This document shows, piece after piece, positions 1 through 11,149 of a stretch of 64,000 bases of DNA. Each line of letters opens with the position of its first letter. Within the stretch, counting starts at the first letter, position 1. Where the stretch lies: NCBI GenBank assembly GCA_016748015.1, contig JAAOMT010000436.1, forward strand, positions 1,362,847 through 1,426,846, written 5' to 3'. Source of the stretch: Geosiphon pyriformis uo1. Its lineage: Eukaryota; Fungi; Glomeromycota. The notes under the pieces are model-generated. The model was given only the letters and a program-made list of their open reading frames with translations, ran no database searches and was not told the DNA's origin. Made by a program: the position numbers and the translations under genes.

Positions 1-118
1 TTAAATTATATAATATTTAAAAATTTGTTAAAATATTTAAAATTTTAATTAAATATTTAACAATTTACTGAAATATTTAATAATTTATAAAAATAACTTG
101 TAGTTTATTAAAATAGTA
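1..118 (+). repeat. Decayed terminal-inverted-repeat (TIR) end of a DNA-transposon family, same family as 38975-40490
   Basis: 1-115 aligns with the reverse complement of 38980-39090 and with 40380-40490. It is built of ~20-bp subrepeats like AAATTTACCAAAATATTT. Confidence 0.6.
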
Positions 119-900
119 ATAAAAAAAAATACAAAACTATAGAATAATACTATAATAAATTGTATAAAAAAAAGTTTTTTTTTTAAAAAAAAAATTTTTA
201 CTAGAATTTTAATTTAAAACAACTAATTAGTTATTATAAATTAATTCAATAAATTTATTTTAAAAATTCAAACATTGTTTATAATTAAAATTGGTTAAAA
301 ATTTACTAATATCATAAATTTGAATACAATAAATAATTTAAGCTTACATTATTAAAATAAAATAAAATAAAATAAAAAATTACACATAATAGTTTAAAAA
401 TTTCAAGTTTTATAATTATAATTATATGAAAATATAATTCTATTATGTAAATTAAATGGTTAAAAATTAAAAATTAAAACAAATTATTTTTTATATAATT
501 CAAAAATTCATAAGACAATTTACAAATACAACAAAGTTTTATTAAATATTATACTAATAAAATAAAAAATTTGTATATTTTTAAATATTAAAATAAAATA
601 CAATTAATAAAAAATTTTGTGTTTGTATTTAAAATATTATTTTTATTATTTATAATATTAATATTATTAAATTCTTGAATGTTTTGTTGATAATAATGTT
701 ATAAACCAAAAAGTTTTTAATAATTTATAAAATTATAAATCTAATTAAATACAAATATTTTGATTAAACAAGATTGAACAAATATTATTAATTTAATATT
801 TAGTTATTTATATTTGTCCACTATGATATTATCAAACAAATTTTTAATCAAGTTTTTCAAATTTTATTTGTTCTTTTAACTAAAATTACCAAATTTGAAT
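119..900. repeat. Extremely AT-rich decayed repeat DNA, class unassigned
   Basis: Very low GC, CpG absent, no credible ORF. Composition shifts abruptly to gene-island type at about 900. Confidence 0.6.
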
Positions 901-1585
901 CTCGATTTCAAATTTTAGCAGGATTCGCATCCACATGTTATTTTATAATAAAACTTGTTTGAACCCAAAAAAAAGTCTATTAATAATTTGGTCAAAAAAA
1001 GAGTTCCCCATATTTACCACAACGTGACTCTATAATTTATAAAATAAAACTCGTTTTTTACCTTTTATTGTAGTCCATTTACTTTTGTTACTCAAAAATA
1101 TCTGAATGCGGAAAAGTCCTTAAATTTTAACTCAACTTAAAATAGAATAGTTTGATCAATAGGATTCATAACATGTAAATAACATGATGGAAGAAACCTA
1201 GACTTTCTGTCACTGACTTGAAAAGTGGTTCGCTTCGGCCGATCATGTTGTCCCACTCAATTATGGCAAAGAATGGTTAGCTTCCGTATCAAATGCGCCA
1301 AATTCACTTGCTCATTTCAGTAATCATTTTCATCCAAGTTAATTTTTTTATGAAGTGAATTCAACTTCTAGTCGTTTTTGGTTTTATATTACACTACACA
1401 TTCTTTCCTTTTTCCCAAATAAAATTTGGCCGTTGGTAATTTCAGACCAGACTTAAAGGTCTCAATATTGAAAAAGAATCAGTACAAAAGGAATTCCTTT
1501 CTTTTCTATCTTATATTGCCCGTCTGTTAAAGCCAACGACAACATTATTTTTTGATTAAGAAGCACTACTGAGAGAGAAAAAAAT

Positions 1586-2896
1586 ATGCTGGCACGTAGA
1601 AAGTCTTCAGTACGACGATTTCTCCTTACCACTTCTCTCATCATTATCAGTTTAATTTTGGGATCACTTTTCTTTAGTTTATTTCTTCCAATTCAAGATG
1701 AATCGTTTATCGATAAATTTTCCCCAAAATTTGACAACACTCTCTATTGTGAACGTTCACTGACCTTTGTATTAAGTGATTGTTGTGGTTTGCCCTTTCA
1801 AATGACGGGCTTGATTAATGCGATGATATACGCAGAAGATACTGGTCGTAGCTTTTTCTTAAACGATAGTCATTGGAATTATGGACGTTGGGAGAATTTT
1901 TTTGAACCATTACGGAAACCTCATTGTGTTCTTCCTGAAAACAATCCTGATTTGTTTGTAAAATTTCCAGACAGGGAATTATCATCGGCTGAACTGAAAG
2001 AAATGAACATGAAATTCAAGCGAGGATCTCACCAATTAATGACACGACACTCATGGCATTTGTTGGATGAATATATTTCGAACACTTATTATCAAAATCC
2101 CTCTCCCAATAAGAACTTTACCATTAATGAGGAAAGTGGTGAACGAGAACGAGATGCCGAGCTTGAAAGTATTTTTGGAGTTCAAGAATTAACATTGAAG
2201 AAAATATGGAGATTGAACCGTGAAATGAAAAAATTGATTCATGATCAATCACACGAAATTGGAGTTCCGCATAATCATGGTGGAATTCCTTCGGAAAATT
2301 CTTATCTGGCATTTCAAATACATCGATCTAATACATTAGATTTGTATATCTCTGCAGCTGAAAGATATTTGATTGCTAGTCAGGAGAAAAAAAATCAAAC
2401 CGATTTCAACAATAATGAAGAAGTAGTAGTGTTTTTATCAAGTAGATCAGACTTAATCGAAATATCTAAAAAATTAAGCAACAAGAAACCGAATTGGCAA
2501 TTACTAACTTCATTCGATGATGAACCCATGTACCGATTTAGCTCTGCATTGAAATCACGACATTTAATGGAATATAAACTGGAATCAAGGATTAATTTTG
2601 GGATGGCATTTATTGCTGATTTAACTTTAATGAGACATGCGGAGCATTTAATATGTACTTTCGCAGCGCCTTCGTGTCGGTTTTTGGTATTATTAAAAGG
2701 CTGGAGACAATGGAGAAGTACAACTATCATTGATGATAACCTTGGTAAGGACTGGTTCCCAACATTATTTCCAATTGGGGAGAACGGTGAACCCATGAAT
2801 CTATATCAAATTTATTTGAAAAATCAGAAAGTCACACCACATTCTAGACATAACCATGGGAAAATTAATAAGTTTGACGTGATGGGAACTAAATAA
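1586..2896 (+). CDS. Type II membrane glycosyltransferase, GT23/alpha-1,6-fucosyltransferase (FUT8)-like, intronless
   Basis: 436-aa ORF with a basic N-terminus followed by one TM helix. CCGLPFQM...GRSFFLNDSHWNYGRWENFFEP and C-terminal ADLTLMRHAEHLICTFAAPSCR resemble FUT8 motifs ([21 protein letters not shown]). Confidence 0.65.
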   Translation: MLARRKSSVRRFLLTTSLIIISLILGSLFFSLFLPIQDESFIDKFSPKFDNTLYCERSLTFVLSDCCGLPFQMTGLINAMIYAEDTGRSFFLNDSHWNYGRWENFFEPLRKPHCVLPENNPDLFVKFPDRELSSAELKEMNMKFKRGSHQLMTRHSWHLLDEYISNTYYQNPSPNKNFTINEESGERERDAELESIFGVQELTLKKIWRLNREMKKLIHDQSHEIGVPHNHGGIPSENSYLAFQIHRSNTLDLYISAAERYLIASQEKKNQTDFNNNEEVVVFLSSRSDLIEISKKLSNKKPNWQLLTSFDDEPMYRFSSALKSRHLMEYKLESRINFGMAFIADLTLMRHAEHLICTFAAPSCRFLVLLKGWRQWRSTTIIDDNLGKDWFPTLFPIGENGEPMNLYQIYLKNQKVTPHSRHNHGKINKFDVMGTK

Positions 2897-3153
2897 AGGA
2901 ATGGAAGACAAACTTTGGCTCAAAGCCAAATCTGTTAATTTTAAATCAATATTAATAGTAAACACTTATAGATGAAATTTGCAACTGATTTTCATTTGTT
3001 TATTAAATTGCTCTTGTTAATAAAATGTATTAAGATTTCTAAAAAGGGGTGTTCAACACCTGATTAAATTTAAAGCATCGATTCTTTATAAATATGCATT
3101 TTAAAAGATTTCTTGGGGGAACATGAATTTCCAAGATTTCAAAAGAACTCTCC

Positions 3154-4392
3154 TTACCATGCGTAATACTCATTATGAAGCCATTCAATATCTTCTGCCT
3201 GATCTCCAAAATTACCGTGATCATCATACCAAGCTAAAGATGGTAAAGAAATTTTCATTTCTGCCATTATTCTACCGATGTTCTCATCAAAAACTTTCAA
3301 ATCTGGATTCCAAATTATTACCCTTTCCAAACCATAAAGTGCTGCTTCTCTCTTCGCCCGATCTATCAAAAGACGTGTCGTGACTTTGTTTTCACTACGA
3401 AATCTAAGAATACGCAAATCCTTTTTCAAAAAATCATAGATCCATAATATAAAACTTTCCGGTCGTTTGGAACATGGGAGGTTAATCGAGGTAGATGAAT
3501 GATTGTCGGTTATTTTGCAAGGAGTTTTATCATTGTTGCAAGATGAAACAAACCCTGAATCCAAAGTTATTTGTGCCCCCCATATTCTCGGTTCGGAAAT
3601 CCCGAAAACACGGGCATAAAATTTACTACGCTCCAACATCCATTCATAAGATGAGGGTGTTGGTAAGATAACTATGCATTTCATTGAAGATTTTCTATCG
3701 CTAAAACTACCATCCAAATTATTATTGTTATTCATGACATTATTACCATTCCTGTGAGATCTTTGAAACTCTTTGAGTAACAAATCGCAATCAGAATGGG
3801 TAATAGATGATATTTCTTCTTGAATAACTGGTTGTGCAATGAATTCTTGCGATTCTATAGCCTCTTTAAAATTGCCATCCGCATTCTCAAATACATCCAA
3901 TCGAAGTTCCACATATGGATACAATTTCCATCCAAGCCTTGTGTAAAAATCTTTCCCTATATCACTATACAAAGAAGAAAAAACTGCTCCCATCTCTCGT
4001 AATTTTTGCGATAATAGCTTCAACATCAAAGAAGCATATCCTTTTTTCCGATGGGACGGGACACAGAATACTGAAGCGATGCTGAAACCTACTCCCTCTT
4101 TTACTTCTACCTCTCCATTTTTATCGACAGTACGAATCAGCGCGCTGCGTCGATACGTTTCGCAAGAACAGAAAAATGTTGTAGTTTCCGGATTTTTTCG
4201 TGGAACAAGAGCCCAGGTAGTTAAATTCTCAATACTGAAAGCAAGGTTAGCAAGCAGTGACTCGCGCTCAAGGTATTGTTGAAGGGTTAAACCACTACCC
4301 CATTCTATAAAAGAATTTATGTTCGTTAAGGGATATTGAGAAGGGGGAATTTGAACTACAGTAAAGTCGGAAAGGGTAGGTTCGTTGGACAT
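3154..4392 (-). CDS. GNAT-family (LYC1-like) lysine N-acetyltransferase, intronless
   Basis: 412-aa ORF with acetyl-CoA motif A IASVFCVPSHRKKGYAS, plus LYSDIGKDFYTRLGW. The C-terminal WLHNEYYAW is typical of fungal LYC1-like GNATs. Confidence 0.85.
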   Translation of the reverse strand: MSNEPTLSDFTVVQIPPSQYPLTNINSFIEWGSGLTLQQYLERESLLANLAFSIENLTTWALVPRKNPETTTFFCSCETYRRSALIRTVDKNGEVEVKEGVGFSIASVFCVPSHRKKGYASLMLKLLSQKLREMGAVFSSLYSDIGKDFYTRLGWKLYPYVELRLDVFENADGNFKEAIESQEFIAQPVIQEEISSITHSDCDLLLKEFQRSHRNGNNVMNNNNNLDGSFSDRKSSMKCIVILPTPSSYEWMLERSKFYARVFGISEPRIWGAQITLDSGFVSSCNNDKTPCKITDNHSSTSINLPCSKRPESFILWIYDFLKKDLRILRFRSENKVTTRLLIDRAKREAALYGLERVIIWNPDLKVFDENIGRIMAEMKISLPSLAWYDDHGNFGDQAEDIEWLHNEYYAW

Positions 4393-4563
4393 TGCAGATT
4401 CTTTGTTAATCTGTGTTTGAAAGATTATTTGAATATCATGTTTTCTAGAAAGTTCCTTTTACACAGTACAAATAATATTTGGATCAAAGGAATCTGCAAA
4501 AATTTTATTTTGTTCCCAATCGGGAATTCACCTAGCTTTTTTGATTTATTTCAACTCGGGATT
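4393..4563. promoter_or_regulatory. Probable bidirectional promoter between the GNAT gene and BCP1
   Basis: Only 171 bp separate the divergent start codons (4392 on -, 4564 on +). Confidence 0.5.
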
Positions 4564-6005
4564 ATGATGAGCTATAATATCAAAAAAAAAGGGATTAATT
4601 ACGATAAAAAACGTCCTTTCGAAGAAAATCATTATGATGATATGGATGTTGCAGAACAAGATGAAAGTGATATTATAATGACAGATGATGAATTAGAATC
4701 TTCTGAAAATGACCCAGATGAAAAATTAGAGGTATAAAAACAATCTTTTTTATATTTAATGAAAGGAGAAAACAGAATGGTAAACAAACATTTTTCACAC
4801 GCATTTTTTTTCCCTTTATTGAAAAAAATTGATGAAACTAGACAATAAATGTTGATGCCGAGTTCTTTGATCCACAACCAATTGACTTTCATGCGATCAA
4901 ATCTCTCCTAACTCAACTTTTTTCATCGGATGCTGAACTTTTTAATATCTCCGAATTAACAGACCTGATCCTTGGTCAACCTTTGTTGGGCACTACTGTC
5001 AAGTTTGATGGATCGCAATCAGATCCGTTTGCTCTTTTAACCGTTTTGAATTTAAATGAGCATAAGGTTTGTAATTCACTTTTCTAATTCTTTCTGTTGT
5101 TATTCATTGCATTCTTCATCCACTTGTATCATTATTAAATTTTATCTAATCATTTTACTTGATCAAATGTCTAATCAACACACAAAGTCTAAATCTTCCA
5201 TACAAAGTCTAGTAAATTACCTTCTGGAGAAGGTTCAAACAAATTCAGAACTCCATCAAAAGCTTGTGTCTGTGTTGGATCATGATTCAAATGAAAATAT
5301 CGGCTTGATACTGAGCGAGCGAATGTTAAATATGCCAGTACAGATTGTTCCTCATATGTATAAAATGTTAATGGAGGAAATTCAGTGGGCGGTTAACGAT
5401 GTATTGCATTTTTATCTATAATAAAATCTTAATTCTTTTTCGTTAAAAATGTGCTAACAATTTTTTATATCACTTTTAGAAAGAACCTTATAATTTTGAA
5501 TGGTACCTTATCATCACAAAAACATATCGTGAGATCAGGTCTTCCATTCCTGATTTCGAAAATGAAGATGCTCCCAGCGGTCATGCCCCATCCTCATTTC
5601 AACAAAAACATCGTCAAAAAAAGAAAAAGAAGGAATCGGTATGTTTTACATGGTCTAGATAATATCATGCTTTTTTTGGCTTCTCAAAGTAATTTTTTAC
5701 CCCTAATCATTTCTTAAAGTCTGAGCCAAAAACATTCTATTTCCATCCGGAGGATGAGATCATTGAGCAGGTAACAATGATATTCAAAGGGTTTCTTTCC
5801 CATTACTTTGTATTTTTTACTGATATCCCACACTTCATTGCAGAATGCTGATTATACCCACGATTTTCAGCTTTCAAAAAAGCCAGCAGAGTCTGATTCT
5901 CGTCGTGCGTTTCATGATTTTGGAATTACCCCAGCGATGAAACTATTTTTGATACATTGTAAAAAATTAGCAAAGATGACTGATGAGTTAGAGGCGGCCT
6001 GTTAG
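4564..6005 (+). CDS. BCP1: BCP1/BCCIP (Mss4 export / 60S biogenesis factor), 6 exons: 4564-4731, 4842-5066, 5188-5400, 5480-5638, 5720-5770, 5844-6005
   Basis: Spliced translation gives INVDAEFFDPQPIDFHAIKSLLTQLF, GLILSERMLNMPVQIVPHMYKMLMEEIQWA, EPYNFEWYLII and YFHPEDE. All introns are GT..AG and keep frame. Confidence 0.9.
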
Positions 6006-6573
6006 TAATAATCGAGTCGGTGAAGGTAATTTTAGCTCTCTTGAAATTGCGGGTTGAGAGCTTCTACTCCATGATTTCATGTTGGGAACATAAGTATTAT
6101 ATTGCTATATTGGAGAATACGTGGCTGCATTGACATTTATATGTCTGCTAATTCAAATCCTTTGATTTTCTCAGGTCAGTTATGACCAAGTTCCAAACTG
6201 AAGTAATTCTAACTACTAAAATATACGTGGAGAATCTTAGGTTACCTGCCATGGTGTCTAACTTCTTATGTCGATATTTTACTCCTTAACACGTGAAATT
6301 TGAGGCCCAATTAGCCCATATCATTTCTTTATTAAATCAATCGAAATTTTTGTGCTGGAATGATTTCCGGCAAATGTTGAAGGACTAAAAGTCCAGAAAA
6401 ATGTCCACCTAAATCTCAATCGAACTATGTACCTAAGCGGATTATTACCATTCTATCGAATTGATAAAATCTATATGACGACCAGTTTGATCAAAGTTTG
6501 TTTCAGGCTATATTGCTATGTAAAAAATGTCGATGTAATTAATTGCTCCGTCAACAAATACAAATAATTAGAG

Positions 6574-9500
6574 TTAAAATTCCTGTGATCAAAAATTTAT
6601 TTGTTAAGTGTGAAATTGTTGAAAAAAAAAACTTAATACAATTGATGATTATTTAGGTCACTTACCCAGTCAGCATCGACCTCAAAAGCCCACTTGAACT
6701 TATCACGCAAACTTTTAGTAAAAATTTTCTCAATGGGGACATCGTACTTGTAACACCAAGCCGCAGATATACGTGGATCGATGTAATTTATTTTCGAGGT
6801 ACCTAAAGCAGTTTCTTTATTTTTCTCTTTATCCGCTTGCATAAGTTTCGCTGCTATAATCTTTTCGTTTATCTTCTTTAATTGTTCATTAATCTTTTCG
6901 ATAGTTTGTCCCCTTTTCAGTTCAACTTTCCTAGTCTTGAGCTCCTTTGCAAGTTCTTTCTCCTTGCGATCAATTTCCTGTAATATTGCTTTCAGCTCTT
7001 TCTCAGGCTTAGGCTTTTGTTTTTCAGCGATGAGCTTCTCATTATCTTTTTCAAATTTTGCTCGAGCCTTCTCTCGTTCCTTCTCCATCAGCTGTTTCTC
7101 ATATTGAAGAATCCACTCATTTTCCAAATCACTTTCCTCTTGTAACAGATCGGGTCTTTTAGATTTTAATTTGGGTTCTTGGGTAAGAATAGCCCGTTTG
7201 AGCTTCATGCGTTGATATTTCAATGCACGTATCTAGGATTGAGGAACTTTTGGTTAGGCTAACAATAAATAATCGTATCAAAGTAAAATTATCGCCAAAA
7301 CACCTTATCCTGGATCTTAGACATTTGGCTTTCATGACCTTTGCCCACTGTCCGCTGATGATTACACAATACTGCAACTTCTCTATTAGCACTATTGTAG
7401 GCAACAATTTTTTCGGGTACCATCAAGTTTCCACTTTTTCCTTGCAATTCGTTCATGTTTTTATTCAGTTCGATTTGGAAAGTGTGCGAGGCGTTATAAG
7501 TACGAAAAACCTTAGCAGTAAGACCAGCCATATAAGTTGATAGATGTTTATTCAAAGAGGTAGTCTGAGTATTTCAAAATAGAGCTGCAGAGTTAGTAAA
7601 AGTTAAGCGGGTAATTTTTTGTAATTTCAAAACACTAACGTTCAGCCTGTCGAATAATAAGTCGGTTTTGGTCTTGGGCTTTCTCTTGAAGATACCCAAA
7701 TTCTTAAAAACTTGATCATCGACGGTCACTTCATTCTTGTACTGAATTGAATCTTTTCCCAGAAAGTCAAACAAAACTGTATTTGGAGCTGTAAGTGTGA
7801 TATGTTCAAGCCGCAACGAGCAACAGCCAACTGTATCTGCTTCGTTTTTATCATCTTTCTCATTGCCAGCCCTCAAAGCGAAACGATCTATAAGGTACAT
7901 AGCGGTAGCCCGTTGGCGTGTCTCCATGAGTTTGTCTTTGAGATCACGAGTGTAATCTTCACGAATTGATTTTACATGTTGCTGTAGTGATAAATTAGAA
8001 GCAATCAGTTAAGATCAAAATGGGATTTGGTGAAGGAACCTTTTAAAAATATTTACCTTAAGCTCTCGGGCTTTTTCAAATTTTTTGAGATCGCTTTGAC
8101 CTTTCAAAGAACTGTTTGCTGCAAGAAAAACGTATTTAATCGCATCATTCACATTTTCCTTCCAGGTCGCCAGCCAAGTGACTGTGTTATCGTGAACAAC
8201 GCCTCCCCATTTGTGACCAGGAGGAGGGGAGGGAACTTTTGCATTTTTCCCAATATTAATTGTTACAGACTCGGGTCTTACACGAGCCTAAGAAATTTAA
8301 AAGATGATTAAGATGTCTAAAAAGTAAATCATTTTATCATTGAAGATACTACCTTAAGCCTTCCTGTTTTAGGGTGTTGACCACGCCCTCTGAATAGACC
8401 AGGAGGCTCAATCCGGAAATTCCCAACTTTTTCCTTGCGCCCATCAAGGAAACAATATTCGTATTGTTCGTCAAGTTTCGCCTTGTCTTCCCTCACCTTT
8501 TTTTTCTCTTCTTTTGTCATAGACTTCTTGCGCTCCTTCTCGCTCTCAAAATATTCGAAGATAGGGGTAAAGTCACAATGTTTGAAGTCTTTATCGTAAT
8601 TGCGAATGGGAGGATTCTGGAATAATCTTTTCTTGTTAAAAAATTCCCTTTTATGCATGTGGAACAAAAGAAACTGCTGTTTTATCGCTGAAATACCTTA
8701 GTGGATTTTTTGAGGATAGCGACCCAATCCTCAAAAAAATTTCTATTAAAAGTTTCATTTTTAAGGTGTTCTGTATTCAACATAGCTGCATAAAAGCTTG
8801 CAACCTCTTCAGCCTCGGGTTCCAAATAAACTTCTGCGCCTATTGATATTAGGCGTTTTATGTATTAGTTTTATCAAACATGTGGTACAAGAATCAGAAA
8901 TTTAAGTTTCCTTGCCATGAAATTTCATTCGAACACCATGTGGAACATATTCAGGAGGAAAAAGAACCCCGGTGTGTTCGAGCGTGTTCCATTTAACAGT
9001 ACCATCCGCTTGCGCATTATTTTCTTTCCACCATTTATATTCGTCATCTTCCCCTTCTTCATCATCATCAAGAGATTCTTGGCGCTTTTCTTTTCCCTTG
9101 GTGTTATTTGAAGTCTTAGATTTTGAAGCAGCTTTACTAGAACCTCCCTTGGATTTATCCTGTTTAACAACTTTTTTGCCATTTGTCTTGAAATGGTCCT
9201 CTTCAGATGAATAGTCGCGCTCTGATCTATCAGGTTTTTGTTCGGATCCGTTCCCGGATTTCCCTCCCTTTTTGGGTACCGATTTTGGTTTGGTCGCGAG
9301 AGAGCCATTTTTCTTGCTTTTAATGGCAAGTTCATCTTCAATCTCGCTGGAATTTTGGGGATTGGGTTTTTTAATTATTTTTTTCTGCTTGGAAGGGGTA
9401 TGATTTATGCCATTTGTTTGAGGTTTAGCATTATTAACTCCCATTTCAGAATCAGATTGCTTTCGCCTTCGCTTCGTGACATTTCCATTACCGGATGTAT

Positions 9501-10619
9501 CGGACTGTTAAATCAATGAATATTCAGGAGCCGGAATTGTTGATTTTTGAGACAACTCTCATTTTGTAATTTTTTTACCTGATATTCTTCTTCAGTATCT
9601 TTAGCTTCTTTGGTTTCTAAGAGGTCACAAGAGATAAGAAAAAATAAAAATAGTTGAAAGAACAAAGAAGAACGAGAATGATACTTACTACTGAGCTGAT
9701 TTTTTTTGGTCCTTTTTCTCTGTGACAAAGGGACACTGTCTTCATCAATCAACGTAGGATCCTATATATGATTGTAATTAATTAGTTTTATATGAACAAA
9801 ATTTGCGAATGAAAAGACACATACAAAAATTCCTGAGCCCTCATTGGGCTTGAGTTGGAGTTCTTTGTTGATTGATTTGCCTATATTTTAAATCAAATAA
9901 CATATTGTACCATTTTATGAGAGAAAACGAGTGCGAGTTTCAAAATTTTTTTATAAATGTTTAGTTTTATCATATTATGCGCGACTCGAATAAAATAGAC
10001 CGTTTAAAGCATCCAACATACCCTTCACCGCTGGGGGTAACGATTTCTTGCTTGCATTGATCCGCTGAGAAAGAGGCTTTTCATCTTCGGAACCAGATTC
10101 TTCATTGGTCAGCGACTTGTTGATATTTTCCATAGACTTAGAGTTACCATTGGTTAATTTTTCGATTGGGGATGATTGTCGGATTCTTGTTTTTTTCGCT
10201 TGAGGGTCATTCTTATTTTGTTTATTGGATACAGGAGAAACCTTGCCATTTGAAATTACCGTAGAGGAAACATTTGTATCCACTTCATTATCAGACTCTA
10301 TTCGTTTCCTCTTAGAAGCTTTGTTGGATTCGTCGATCTTTTTTGGCCGGATGAAAATCACAGTGAGCAAGTAAAATATTCTACCACTAAACAAAGGATG
10401 AAAAAATTTCCCAATCTTACCTGCACTGTTTCCTTAATTTTGGACTTTACAGTTTCGTCTAAAATTTTATAAATGATTGTTCCAGTTGCCACTTAAATTT
10501 TTTCTTGAAATTTAAAATGGAAAATTTCAAAAACCCTTACTTCGGAATGAAGCTTTGGTACTGGTGCGAGTAACACGCCGTCTATATGAGAGCGGTACAT
10601 CGTCTTCTGCATCGGCCAT
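6574..10619 (-). CDS. TOP1: DNA topoisomerase I (type IB), multi-exon
   Basis: Exons encode [80 protein letters not shown] and the catalytic [11 protein letters not shown]. Inferred start [11 protein letters not shown] at 10619. The 9-nt last exon GAA TTT TAA (6574-6582) follows intron 6583-6665. N-terminal exon boundaries are only partly resolved. Confidence 0.95.
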
Positions 10620-10724
10620 TTCTTGAGAGAAAAGGTAGGTTGCGACCAGTTTTGTGGCCGATGTTGCGTAAATGATTTACACGTAAAACGGAACGACAAA
10701 TCCTAAAGCCTAAAAAGTGCTGCT

Positions 10725-10905
10725 CACGAAAAATATTTCACAATTTAATACGCTACCCGGTTTGAAGTTAAGAAAATTCTGATGTGAGCAAAACTTTGCT
10801 ATACTAGATTACTATGGTTTTATAAACGGTGCTACTAAACTACTCTAACCAGCAATATTAATAGTTGTGATTTGTGATTCGTGATCGTGAATCGTTATCG
10901 CGAAA
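10725..10905. promoter_or_regulatory. Two SCB-like CRCGAAA boxes upstream of TOP1
   Basis: CACGAAA at 10725-10731 and CGCGAAA at 10899-10905, plus short GTGAT tandem repeats at 10866-10892. Motif match only. Confidence 0.25.
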
Positions 10906-11149
10906 AGCTGGTAATTAAGCTTTTCTTTTTGTCTTTTATCAATTTGATCACATGATCCTTATCACCTTTATCAATTATCAAATGAGTGTTTTAACCTGTC
11001 TCATCTGACAAAAATTGATGGTTATGAGCCTTTGATGATCTTGATAAATTTTGTTTGCAATATTACTGCAGATCGAAGGTTTCAGTTTTTCAAATTAGCT
11101 GTTAATGTAAAAAGTTTCAAATTTTTGAAATTTAATATGATTGTTGTTC

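Noticed and set aside
4336-4563. N-terminal extension of ORF 4336-4737
   Set aside because: It starts at a non-ATG codon and overlaps the GNAT gene in antisense. BCP1 more plausibly starts at ATG 4564/4567.
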